Shown piece after piece: positions 25,110 to 38,724 of a DNA stretch of 64,000 nt; position 1 is the stretch's first letter; each line of letters opens with the position of its first letter. Position numbers and translations under genes: made by a program. This stretch comes from Tubiluchus corallicola. Its lineage: Eukaryota > Animalia > Priapulida. The DNA lies in the NCBI GenBank assembly GCA_030141605.1, contig JAQGDQ010000063.1:248001-312000 (forward strand), in the 5' to 3' direction. The notes beneath the pieces were generated by a model, which made no database searches, had not been told where the DNA came from, and saw only the letters and a program-made list of their open reading frames with translations.

Positions 25110-28100
25110 GTAGCCAGGCAATTGGGAATTCCAAATGGCAATTTTGAGGTTTTAGAATGTTCACCTTTGGTAGTAGTAAAGTCGTGTCTATATCACGTTT
25201 TAATACGAGGATTAATTTGCTGGCAAGGAATAATATTGTAATACCACTGATAGTTCGTGTTGTTCAACATGTAGCTCCGCTCACATTAAAGGAATTACTA
25301 TCTCAGATTTATCTAATGAGTTACTGCATAGTTTTGGGAAAGAACTGGCAGATGATTATTGTACCGATGTCTCACTTCCAATTAATATTCATTTCATTCT
25401 TGGAAATGATTATTTTTTTACATTGTTGCAACCAGGAAAATATGAAGTTCGTCCTGGTTTATTTCTTTTCAAGTCACCACTTGGTTTCATTCTAGGAAGA
25501 GTTCTTCCCAACATCGATGGAATGAGGACACAACGTTATCATAAAACCAGTTTATTAAGCTTGGAACCTGGTTTATCTATTGATGGGTTGGTCACTTTCC
25601 ATGATGGTTTACCGGATAACAGGTTATACGTATCGTTAGCCAAATACGACAAAAGTCACACTGTTCATAATGACTGATCGCTTTTGGAGGCTTGATTTTA
25701 TCGGAATTTTAGAGTGTGCCACTGGTGATGGAGACATGGAAGTGAGTGTAACTTCGTTAACACGGTTCAGTACCGAAAAGACGGGCGCTACTACGTTTAC
25801 TGGCCATGGAGAAAGGAACCTGAGAATTTACCCGAATTTGCTGACAAGCTTTACTCATGTTATGCTGTAAAATATCATGATGTCTCATTTTTGACATTGA
25901 TGTCGTTTGTAAATATTAGTTTATCCGCTTTTGTGATGCATCAGCCGTAGCTTGTGCTTGTGTTATATGTCTTCGACAGGAACTTTATGATGGCACTACT
26001 CGTGCGGATTTCCTTTTCGCAAAGCCTCGTATAGCACAGAAGAGGACCACAATTCCCCATTTGGAGTTACTTGGTGTCTTGATTGAAGCAAGGGCTACCA
26101 GTTACGTTACCTACGTTAAAGATAAGTATTAGTATTAAGCTTGTCTTTACGGATAGCCAATGTGTTTTGTGCTGATTAAAACCAACCAACCCTCTTTCGA
26201 CGTTTGTGCAGAATCCTGTATCTGAAATCAAAGACTTTAATGAATTTACATTCAGTTACATTCCACCTGAATTAAATGTTGCTAATATTGCTACACAGCC
26301 AGCAACAGATGAGATAACTGATTTTTGCTTAAAAAGACCCAGTTTCTTACAAACACTTGTGGATAAATGGACTGTTGACGACTTACTTCTTGTTACGTTA
26401 GGACATTTAGTTGATATTCAATTTTAAGTAAACTCTAACGAATTTATCACACTTTAGCCAAGTTTTCTCTGTAATGGCACAGCTTTTGTTTCATTCTGTG
26501 ATACAGACAGTGCAAAGTTTCGAAAATTTTCTAGATTGGTACTGAGTACTGAGTACGTGAGTACGTGTTAAAAGCGTTAGACAGATTTCGCAGAAGGCCT
26601 ACTGACCAACAACTTACAGAAAATGAGCTGGAACGAGCCACTCAGCTATGGGTAAAACAGGTTCGGGGTGACACATTAACGTCTGAAGAACTGAGGAAAC
26701 GTCATGATCTCCGACTTACCCTTCACGTAGATGGACTCATCCGATGCCAGGAAACGCTGAGTAATTTATTCTATTAAACACCCAATTTTGTTGCTAAAGG
26801 AACATCCTTTTACAAAAAATTGTTTTACGATAATACATTGTCGAACAATTCACATTGACACAAACTTTAACTGCTCTACGTGAAACTTACTGAGTTCCTG
26901 CGAGACAATCATTAACCCGTAAAGTTACTAATGAGTGCCCAATTTATAAACGTCCTGTTAGACACCCATATCAAGTACCACAAGTGGAAAGTTTGCTGTC
27001 TTATGTATTACATCGCACTAAACCTTTCACTCATGTTGGTTTGGACTATTTAGGTCCTATCATCGTGAAACGTTACTGCAGCAAAACTATTGCGTTAGTC
27101 AAACATTGGATAGCATTGTTTACTTGTTTGGTAACACGCGCAGTACACCTAGAATTAGTAGAAAGTTTGTACGCAGAAAACTTTCAAATGTGTGTTGCGT
27201 CGATTTTTTGCCAAGAGGGTTTTTCCTAAAATAATCGTCTATGACAGTTTCCCTTCTTATAAATTCGTTCAAAGAACAATGTCCACCCTGTTGCAGTAAG
27301 TTTGAAATAATAAAGTAGAATGGAAATTCATTACGGAACTGCCACCCTGGTCTGGGGGTTGTTACGAATGCTTAAATTCCATATTAAAGCGATCACTGAA
27401 AAAATCTCTTGCTTCTCACCCTTTATCACCGACGCAATTGGCGACTTTTATAAATGAAGTTAAACAAATTATGAATAATCGTCCCATTATGTACGTGTAT
27501 TCAGATGTTGACTCTACAGATTCATTAACTTCGCTACATTTTTACATCACCAGCGGCTGCCATCTATGCCGGAGCTTGACTTCACCGTGGATGATTTCAC
27601 TACTGACAAACATGTCACTTCGTCGCTGGAGTTCTGGAAGAAGGGTCAAGCAATTCTATAAGCAGGTTTTTGGGACCTTTGGTCAACCGTATTTCTGCAG
27701 CTTTTGCGAAAGCGCCGTACCGCTGAGTTGAAGCAATCTAGGAAAAGCCACCTCAACGAAGAGCTGCAGCTACCGCACATCGATTGTCAAGACTATCGCT
27801 GAGACGACTCTCCCTTGATAACGCGAACGGCGATGACATGAATTCTTGTAACGTTTCGTCTCCGCCGTACCCGTTGCGATTATTCTTTATCATACTGGAT
27901 TGTACGTTATAATGGACCATGGTCGATGAGATGGTTTTTATTTAGCATCCACTGATGATGATCATGTTCCTGATTATTTTGTGAAATATTGTATTTTGTC
28001 TTGCTTTACAAGTTTTGTAAATTTATCGTTTTGCACTTCAAGTTAGTAGGCACATTTAACCTTTTGCCCAACACTTGTTGTAATTAAGTTATCATGAAAT

Positions 28101-28612
28101 CTCGTTAGTATTACGATCCTTTTCGTATAATATCATTTTTATTATCTTTAATCTTTTAACTCTGAGTAATTATCGTTAATAGATGCAACAATTAGTTAAC
28201 TTAGGCCCGGTCTAATTAATGAGTTGCTTCCTTTATTCTTGCTCGAGTGTCGAAAACTACGCCAGTATGGCAACCGGGGTTAGGGTATTAGGCAATGGTA
28301 TGGTGAACAATGTCCTCCGTGAAGTGGCCAACTGATACCGGACATCAGTCAGTTCGAGCCAAAGCACCGATCAGAAAGTTGCAGAGTAGATACTTGAAAT
28401 AGGGTCTAAGACCATGGTTAAAACCAAAATGATAAGTGGTAAACTATCATTTATCATTATCATTTATATATATATCATTTCCATTTGATTATTGCATCAT
28501 AGTAATTAGTCACAAGCACCGTGTACACTGGTCAGTTAAACAGAAGCGCAATAATGGGCAGTTTTTGACACGAGTGAACCACTCTAGACCAGGAACAATA
28601 AAGCGGTAAACA
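25110..28612 (+). mobile_element. Decayed BEL/Pao LTR retrotransposon (protease region, RNase H, integrase; RT apparently deleted; probable 3' LTR from ~28248)
   Basis: FKSPLGFILG; FCDAS and IPHLELLG (Pao RNase H); PFTHVGLDYLGP, WIALFTCLVTRAVHLELV, WKFITELPPWSGGCYE and NNRP (Pao integrase). Many stops and frameshifts. The candidate LTR starts TGTCG and has AATAAA near 28597. Confidence 0.85.
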
Positions 28613-29320
28613 ACGGTCATGCTCGTGGATTAGCTTCTGAATTCATTCAGTCTTGTTTATGTGCAACAATGCGTGGAAAGTGTACATTATTGATAGTAGG
28701 TATGAATGGCATATGATGGGGAGGGCGAGGGGCATGTCAGATTGATGAATGAGAGATGAAAGACATTGAGATATGGCATCAGTTTTTTTAACACTAAAAT
28801 CGACAAAACTAATTTCTGTATTAGTTAAACGTCGTTTGAAATACTGATTGATTAAACACGAAATTACGTTCTTGCAAAAAACAAGTCAAATATATATGAC
28901 CAGACGTCAAATGACAAAAAATTATGTCCAAATTTTTCCAGTGATATTGGTTAACTGTATTTTTTACCGTGGTCCGACTTATAGGAAACTTCCCGATACA
29001 AAAAAAGATTTTTGGAGAAGTTCTTCCTATTTTTTCTTAACGCACTGCTCAGTGCTGAAAGGAAACTTTTAGGAAAGCTTATTCCACATCAACGCGTCAT
29101 TTTTTTGATTTTCCATACAGTTTCCTAATTTAAAATCAAAAGTGCATTTTGTCCATTTTTATCGTCAGCAAATCCTGCAACACGTAGATCAGCGTTACAA
29201 AAAAGGCTTATAAATGTTTTGCAAATTGCTTAATTTTTGTGGCATAAGGAAATATTCAGATTTTCCGTCAATAACTGATCAGTAGATGTAAGCACGGATT
29301 TCTTAATGCAAATGATTTAA

Positions 29321-29382
29321 TCACGTGACACCAGGAGAAACGGGCGAATATTTGGCTTCGTGCAACAACACGGCAATCAGTT
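29321..29382 (+). promoter_or_regulatory. Candidate Dscam core promoter (E-box plus initiator)
   Basis: TCACGTGA at 29321-29328 and Inr-type TCAGTT at 29377-29382, ~210 nt before the putative ATG. Confidence 0.4.
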
Positions 29383-29588
29383 GAAAAGTATCGCAAACGT
29401 TGGATGCTCCTTTGCGCATGATTGATATACATCCACTAGTGTTTTACGTTTTAGTGATCGTTTTCCTATCCTGCAAAATGGATATCAACTTTTATCAAAG
29501 CAACGCGTGTGCCATATTATATTTCGTGTGTTAGATAAGTTTAAGAAAAGTTGTTATTACAAAAATACAATTAGTTGATTAGTTAGAA

Positions 29589-29637
29589 ATGTGTAAGTCG
29601 GTAGTATTGGAACTCAGTTCACTGTGTGCACTTTTTG
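29589..29637 (+). CDS. Dscam: Putative Dscam exon 1 (N-terminal part of signal peptide)
   Basis: MCKSVVLELSSLCALF(G) with consensus donor G|gtaagt in phase 1. Joins the Ig1 exon to give ...LCALFGTILVRVQS-DNITGPQF, a plausible cleavable signal peptide. Confidence 0.65.
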
Positions 29638-31599
29638 GTAAGTATAAAGTTTGCCTTTCTGCATCATCAGCTGTAATAACAGATACTTTATAACATATTA
29701 ATTATTTCTTCGCTTATAAATTAATCACCACAAGTACTTTAGTAATGTCTTGTTTATAAAGTTTCGTTTTTTCGCGATTTCTGCAAAATACGAATGTCTG
29801 TAATAATCATCAAAATTAATCTGTGCTGAATAACCGTGAGTGTATAGTCGTGCATGTTAATTTAATTTAAGTTAATGAGAAGAAATATAGGCCGTGTCGC
29901 TTATAAGGAAGTTATACCATAACTAACACGAAAGTGCAACTTTACATTAAACATGTGCGCTATCAGTAGCGTTCACAAAGAATTTTAGCCTTTAGCCAAC
30001 GCGGTAAATACAAAAAAATATAAACAGCTTTAAAAGTGGTTTCAAAACGGTTTGAGTGTTCACGGGGGAACCAAAACGTTTGTAGGATATATCGTAGTAG
30101 TATTTCATGTATGTATGATGTAGTGGTTCTTTTACTAAATCGTTTTGCCGTGTGACAAGGGTATATATATTTTGGTACAAAAGTATCAGTTACGTGCTCT
30201 GTTTTACATTGTTGGCTTAACAGGTTTCTTTCTCTTGGCTCATATAAAGTTTATTCATAAATTTATTTAGGCCCAATAAGATTCCAACTTAACCAGTGGT
30301 ATAAATAAATAAATAATAAATAAACACGTTTTCAGTGTGAAGAAAGCAGTACGTACCCAGAGATACATTTACCTGCACGTTAAACTAAATTAAAGGGTTT
30401 GGTTCAATGGGCTAGCGTTGCACAGACAGATACAATAGTAAAAGTGAAAAAGTCAACTTTAATAGACATTTCGTATCCAGAACCTCTTGATCTTTCCGTC
30501 CGTCTTTTCAATTCTTTTTTATAACGATTTTGATATTTCCTGGCGCTTTCTTCTTTCTTGTAAGCGAGGCAATAATATTTAATTTACCGAAATACTAGAA
30601 TTAGTTTACCAATATAACGGCAACTTACAATTACTGTGATTACCACATTTTATAACAATCAAGTATTTTATTGTAAAGAAAAGAGAAAACCATGTAGAAG
30701 AGAAAAAAAGAGAAAAAATGGTAGAAAAGAAAAAGATAAATATAGAATGAAAGAAAGAAGGGGAGGGAAGAAAGACGGAATGAATAGAAGAAAAGGAAGG
30801 AAAGATGGGAGAAAGGATGAGAAAAAGAGGGAAGGAAACTGAAGGAAGGGAGAAAGATAAAAGCAAAAGCGAACGGCAAATGAACAGATAAAAGGAGAAA
30901 AAGATTGAAGAAAGACGAAAAGAAGAAAGAAAAAGAAAAATGAAGAGAGAAAAAACAATGCTGTAGGTAGAAGAAACTTCACAAAAAAACGAAAGAAGTG
31001 AACGAAGGAATTAGAATGAAAAGGGGAGGAAAGAAAACAGAAAGAAACAGTAAAAGAAGCTCAACTACGTGATACAGAAAACAAAACTGCAATGTTCGCT
31101 GTGTAAGTTTTTCTTTGGGGCTTCACTTGTATTCTCTCGCCATCTAATTTGCAGTCATACTAATGCGTAGCGAGACTGGTCAGGCACAAACCAGGCAGGT
31201 ATCAGTTGCGGTAATTGTATACCTGTGCGCTCACATGTGCGCTCAATAGAATGAAAACACAAAATTCTCGCTTATTGCGCTAATTTGGCGATGAGAGATC
31301 CATAAACATGGCTAATAGTAGCTTGTTTGTGAAAGTCTAATAATAAAATAAATTAAACTAGCGTGACTGCGTTGTTTGTTTCATAATTACCAAAATTTAT
31401 TGCAATTTAGAAGAGTGTTTTGCATCAAATATGTATTTGCTTCTTTTGTAAAACAATTATGTGTTGCCATTTTACCAAATTCCATCGAATCTCTGATAAA
31501 GACTAGTCTGGCATCCAGCGAGGTGCAGACTGAACTGAACGAACATAAACTCTTAATTTTCCTCGTGATTACTTGGGTAACAGACATTTAAACTGTGTC

Positions 31600-32532
<933 letters not shown>

Positions 32533-32540
32533 CAATCGTC

Positions 32541-32791
32541 ACCAGACGGTTTAGTCTAGTGGTACGCATCCGCTCTCCGTTTGGGAGGTCGTGAGTTCGA
32601 TACCGCGGCCGGGTAATGCAAAATACTTTAAAAATGGTACCAGCTGTTGCCCTGTTTGGCGCGTGGGGTAAAAGTCGGGTAACAATAGTCTCTGTTATGT
32701 AGTGTAGATTTGTTATTTACAGTCGGCGGAAAAAGCTTATATTAATTGGTAGTCCAAAGCCGACTTTAATGTTATCATTATTATTATTATT

Positions 32792-32846
<55 letters not shown>

Positions 32847-32897
32847 TTGTTGTTACTGCTGCTGTTGCTGTTGTTGTTAATAATAATAATAATAATA
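32541..32897 (+). mobile_element. tRNA-derived SINE with central domain and (TTA)/(TTG)n tail
   Basis: A box TAGTCTAGTGG, B box GTTCGATACC, then GGGTAATGCAAAATACTTTAAAAATGGTACCAGCTGTTGCCCTGTTTGGCGC. Simple-repeat tail at 32778-32897. Confidence 0.75.
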
Positions 32898-35374
32898 CAG
32901 CTCTATTGTCCACCGCCCAAGTCCACTCCCCTAGTGACCTAGAACTCTTCGGCAGTTTATCTACTAATAGTTAACCGAAAAAAACTTTGGTGACAATCGA
33001 ACTTAAAATTCACTTTTGTGCTACTTTATGTAGGAATAGAGCAATTTATAGCTATAGTTTCCCAGGCAACCTTTGTTCTCTTCCAGGTACCACTGCTTGT
33101 CTTAGTACTTCAGTTGATGATTCTAATGTCGATTTTCGCAGTTACTTTGATTATTGTCCTTACTTAACTTATTTTTTACCTATTTCACACTACTTGTTTA
33201 TGTTTACATCCGATTTCCTTCTATAAATTAATACAAAATATTCTTGAGCTGACAATGCAAATCGAGTCCGCTATTTAATGCACAAACAACACAATAGTTT
33301 ACTGGCCGTGCAAAAAGACTGCAAACACTTGTATGTATTAGCTACAGATTCGAGCTTATGCTTTGCCTATTCTTTTAATATGTCATTAAAGCGAAACTTG
33401 CCAATAACTGAGTGTTAAATAACACAGCCATGTGATACTGTAATTGCATTGACGAATGTGGGACAATGTGCAAAATCCAGTGTACAATGTTCTTTGAACG
33501 GTTGGTTTACGTTGACAACTTGACAGCTTCCGTGAGCTCACAGTTTTTTTTCACTTTGTGTCGTTCAGCGAAAACGACAGACGTAAATTAGAGCGTTCAC
33601 ATAATCTTTACATTAGAGAATCCTGGTTAAACACAATTAGTGTTCATAGAGCACTATGATACACCTGCCCGCGTTTTACAAACAAAGCTAGTGGTACAAA
33701 AGCTTAAAAACTGTGCAAAGCTGCTTGGCTAAAGCCACTATACAAAGTCACTGAACAAAATCTGTCGTAGCAGAAAGCACCACAAATTTCTCCCATGCAG
33801 TGAAAAACGTTTATCGTTATAAAAACCAAAATTTTACGTAATAATTTAAGGAAAAATACAATAGTTGATTTGGTTTTTCGCTCGTTCATAAGCCAGTTTA
33901 TTTCTTATCAATATAAGAAAACTCTTTTCTGTTTGTAAATCTTATTTCGCTTAATTTCGGTTGCATCCTAACATCATAAATTCGTGAATTCACAAACCGG
34001 CGCCACCAAAGAGAAATAATTCTCCCCTAAAAACCGGAGCAAAATTGTTTATCCGAATAAGCGCATTTAAACAAAAAGCTTTATTTTAATCATAAGCCAT
34101 ATTTTAGAATTTTACAAAAAAGTATATAGGCACGCCTTGGGATAGCAATTGCTGGACTGGGAGAGTAATAGACAAGTGAACAACAATCGGCCTTTGGACA
34201 GTTTCGCACCGTTAGATCGAGGACCAGATAAACGAGGGATAAAATAACTTTGAAAAACTTTGCTGAATCAAAATTAATGTTAACCAGCGTATCAAGGAAC
34301 TAGGCAACGTGACCAATGGTCCACAATGTACAAAGACTGCAATGCTTCAACTTTTTTAAATTAAATTTTGAAAAACTGCGAGTATGTCTGTTATAATGGA
34401 ATTCAAACCGAACAACCAACGAACGTTAAGTAAGCTGCTATAATTTTCCATGTCCAGACAGAATGCCATGCTTTTCCTTCTTAATTACCAAGAACTGCGT
34501 GCCTTCAGTGAACCTAATTGTTTGACATATGGCGTAGAAGCAATAAAAGGGTCACGTCACCTAATGAGTCATGTTATGTGGTTCATTAATGCGTGGTCAC
34601 GCGTGTCACATGATGTAGGGTCATGAGTGGCACCCTGGAGAATACTTGACGTGCCTGCATCTTAGCAGGAAGTAATGCAATTAATAAAAATTGCATAGTC
34701 TTTAAGTCTGCAAGCTGTATGGTCAAAAACATCGATCTGAGATTTTAGAATCTTTTTGTCACAAGATTTTAAAACGGCCATTCGTTTATGTACATTCAAA
34801 AGTTATAAAAATTAGTATAATAGAGAAAATTTTGGGTTACTGACATTTGAAAACGGCCATTTTGCCAGGGACATTCGGGCACAAATAAAATTCAATCTTG
34901 TATCCAATTTTTTATTTTTGTTTGTTAAATTTTTAATGACTAATAACAATTTCCTAACTCATAATATTTTTTTAAGAATCATCACTTTACTACAGCAGCA
35001 TTTAACTAGTGTTTAAAAAGAAACACCAAAAAGTACTTATTTTAAAAGGAATGACATAGAATGCGTTGTGTAGTTGTTTACATTAGTTTTCGTAATTGCA
35101 AGCATTTTGCTGTATCTTTTGCGAAGTACGTAATAATATTATGCATTCAGAATATATGTGTTTTTCACACACTACATTAGTTATAGCTGTTTTAATCCAG
35201 GAAAATACTCAGGAACATAATTATCTATTTTCGTAACAAAAACCTGGCTTGTTTTAAAAGTTACATGACACGCTAATCACTAATCAGGCAATTAACAAGG
35301 TTACCGTAAAAGTTCAATTTACTAGGCAGGTGAGGCAGCATAACATAATTTGGTAAATAACTTATTCTAGCGTG

Positions 35375-35505
35375 ATCGAGTCAGCCGACTGAATGTGCGT
35401 CGGCGCTAGCGTCCAAATGTCTCGTATCCAAGTGAGCCAGCATCCAGTATTTGGCGCCCAAACGGTTACGCCCAATTTTCTCGCGCCCAAATGGCCTGTC
35501 CCCGA
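35375..35505. repeat. MITE-end-like array of (C/G)TCCAA/GCCCAA repeats
   Basis: Short-period GCGCCCAAA/GTCCAAATG motifs. A similar style of array is at 60575-60755. Confidence 0.45.
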
Positions 35506-37302
35506 AAATTTTTGCCTCACTTGTGAAGTTAGGGCACCTGAGAAAGTTGTCTGCGTTACTGCTTGATACTATTTGATGAGATACGTCACCAAATAACGAT
35601 GACGACGGTTTAGTTTTTATTTTGATCTTTTCATTTTCATGCACTAATTGTCCGCCTTCTTCCTTCAGTAATCGTTAAACATTCAGAGAGTGGGTCTAGA
35701 TTACTTTTAGAGCAGCTCTAACAAATGTTCAACAATTTTCTTGCAACTCTTCTATATCTTTCTTGATTCTAATTTTTTAAATTTAACTTCCTTGTGTTTT
35801 TTACACTCCAACGATTTTTAAAAGTCCTATTTACATGTATGAATCCACTGCAATATGTGCAACGTTTGTCATTCTAATTTCATCATCTACCATGTTATTA
35901 TAAATGATCGTAGACATCTAAAACCCGGATGTGTTTTTGTAATATTTCATATTTTTATTCTTGTTTAACAAAAGATAAATAAATAAGATATCTGTGAAAA
36001 AATATCTCAGGGAAAAAATATTTATATTTTTAACAGATTAGATAAGGACAACAATTTGTATAAATTATTCATTTATTTTCCACTTGTGTAATGCACTGAA
36101 TCAGTCACGTGATCCTGGATGATCACGTGATTCATTAAGCGAGATGTCAAGACCATAGTTACTGATATTAACAAGAAGGATAATTAGATAGTAAAGAATA
36201 GCTCAATAGCACAGAAATAATCAAGTGCCATAAGCGTATTAATTTTTACTGAGCGCAGTAGAAGTGCATATAACTTGCATTTTGTATTAAACGCCAAGTT
36301 GTAGTTTTCTTTCTATAAACATTTCTTTTTGTAAACATATAAACTTTAAAAACGTCTTAAGTGTTAACCAGTTTTATAAATGTTACTTAAATTGCCACAA
36401 GGTCATTTGTGATTACGAAATTTTATTAAAACTTATTATTAATTTTTTTTACAGTAAGTGACACTCTTCCCCAATTTCTTGGTACTTCACAACAGCTAAT
36501 TCAATTGCAAATTCCATTGAGATAAGAACCATTACAAAAACAGGGGAACCTAAGGACATTAAATTGCCTTGACAGACGAGCACTAACTCTTACTTCTTTC
36601 GTCACATTATAATTTGTGAAAATGTGAAAAACGTTAGCTTAGTGAGTCCCGGTATTTAGCAACGCCCCAGGCACTGTGTGTGGACACGTTCTCAGCAGGC
36701 AATCTGCTGAACCTTTAGTTTTTTGTTTTCTGTAGGTCATCTACTAATATTTACTTCTTCTCGCTCTGATGATTAAAAATTGAAAAATTAACATTTGAAA
36801 CTTCAGCTTCTTGTCTCTACAAGAAAGATTTCTCATTGCATTTGGTCTGGCATAGATCATTTGTGCCCCAGTAGATAACTTGCTTCCATTAAACATTCAT
36901 GCGAAACCAAGTTTACCACCATCACTTAATCCTTAGATAATAATACACGGGAGATCTGAGCAGTAAAGTCTTTCTTACGGGTGACTCATTCTCTTGGTTA
37001 TGACTGTTATTCTAACTTCAGGGATTATCTGTCCTCTAGTAATATTGGTAGGATTTCATTCAGCCTTTTGTGACTGATTCCTACAGTTGTCTTGAAGTTA
37101 CCTTGTTGTTCATGATTCGAAATATGAATAAAAATTTTATTTTTTTACGATTTGGCTCACTGCAGAGTGCAAAATTAGCGAAAACCATTCTTTTTTTCTC
37201 AAGACTGCTGTTCAAAAGTCGTTTCTGTAATTTACGACTTCACACTATACGGTCCGGTCGAAAGCTATAATACTAGAAAACAACAACAACAGCAGCAATA
37301 GC

Positions 37303-37333
<31 letters not shown>

Positions 37334-37574
37334 GCTACGAGTTTAATTACAAATTATATTGAGATAAGAATCATTACAAAAACAGGGGCACCTAAGGACA
37401 TTAAATTGCCTTGAGAAACTAGCGCTAATTTTTAACTGCGTAATCCTGGATCATGAGGTTTATCATCAAAGCTGACTCTCTAAAATAAGACAAGAACTAG
37501 TTTGCAGTGCCATGTTGATTTATATATAGCCAGAATCAACATGTTGGCGAATAAAATTACCCAAGCGAGTATTG

Positions 37575-37660
37575 AATATGATCACTTATCCATTCACTAC
37601 TCAGTCTTGGCGTTGCTTAACTTCGATTAAGCACACGCACTTGACTACTGACCAACATAT
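37575..37660 (-). mobile_element. Degenerate 5S rRNA-related repeat (SINE3-like)
   Basis: Minus strand CGAAGTTAAGCAACGCCAAGACTGAGTAGTGAATGGATAAGTGATC resembles the 5S internal control region. Confidence 0.45.
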
Positions 37661-38724
37661 TCTATATATTATTATCTCTGATTAGGGGAATCATTAACAG
37701 TAATTTCAAAAATAATATCATTTTAATAAAACATTTTAATCCCAGAGGTATTAAATCAGGTAAGAAGTTTCTTGGAATTCAGTCGAATCTAGGTATGTAG
37801 ATGAATGGGTAAAAGCCGCTTTATGATGAGCCTGAGATTTCGCTATCTTGAATAAAAAATGGCAGCACGTCATCGTCATCATTATCATCGTCGTCATCAA
37901 CATAAAATAGGTCGTCATAATCGCCATCAAGTAAATTTTTTTATTCGTTATTACAATAGTGTACAATTTTATCGCTTGAAAAGTTTAGCTGTTCACATTC
38001 AAGCAATTATGCAATAAATAAAAAAATTAATTCATCAAATTTTATTTCTTCAATGCCTTTTAACAAAATTCGCACCGAGCAAAGCTACATGTACAAAGGA
38101 AAAATTAGAAATACAAGGAAGAAAAAGAAATAAGCGAGAATGCGCATTACACATAATCTCATAACGGCCTTTGATGAGAATCCAGTATGTGAAGAGACAC
38201 CGAAAGAATGCATGACTCGCTCCAATGTAGAGTCACAGGCTGAAGACTTGAGAAAGTTGTAACGCAATGTTTCAATAAAATTTTACATTAATTTACTGTT
38301 GTTGTGTTCATGTGTTATAAAATAAAAAAAGAACGTTTACGCCTTTTTATAAGTCAGAATATTCTCAATTAGAGGTTGTACCTTTTAACCGCGATGACTG
38401 GTTTTAACAAATTTCGAAAAACAAATTAACTTCAAGCTTACTAAGTTGCAGAAACCCAGTTTACTAATATAAGTTGCCTTATCTTACGTAAGACAATGTC
38501 CCTAGCTCCAACTGAGAAATGTTGCGTAAGCATACTGGTAGGGGCGCCAATAGATTCTGATGAGTAAAATAGGAGTAACATTCATGTATAAATTGGAAGG
38601 GCAGCGCATTTATATTTAATTAGTCTCTCTCTCTTTCTCTCTCTCTCTTCCTATCTCTCTCTCTCTCTCTCCCCTCTCTTTCTCTTTCTCTCAATCTCTT
38701 CCACCCCCCCTCTCTCTCTGTCTG

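Noticed and set aside
32541-32612. Functional tRNA gene
   Set aside because: A and B boxes are present, but there is no proper cloverleaf and it continues into a SINE body and tail.
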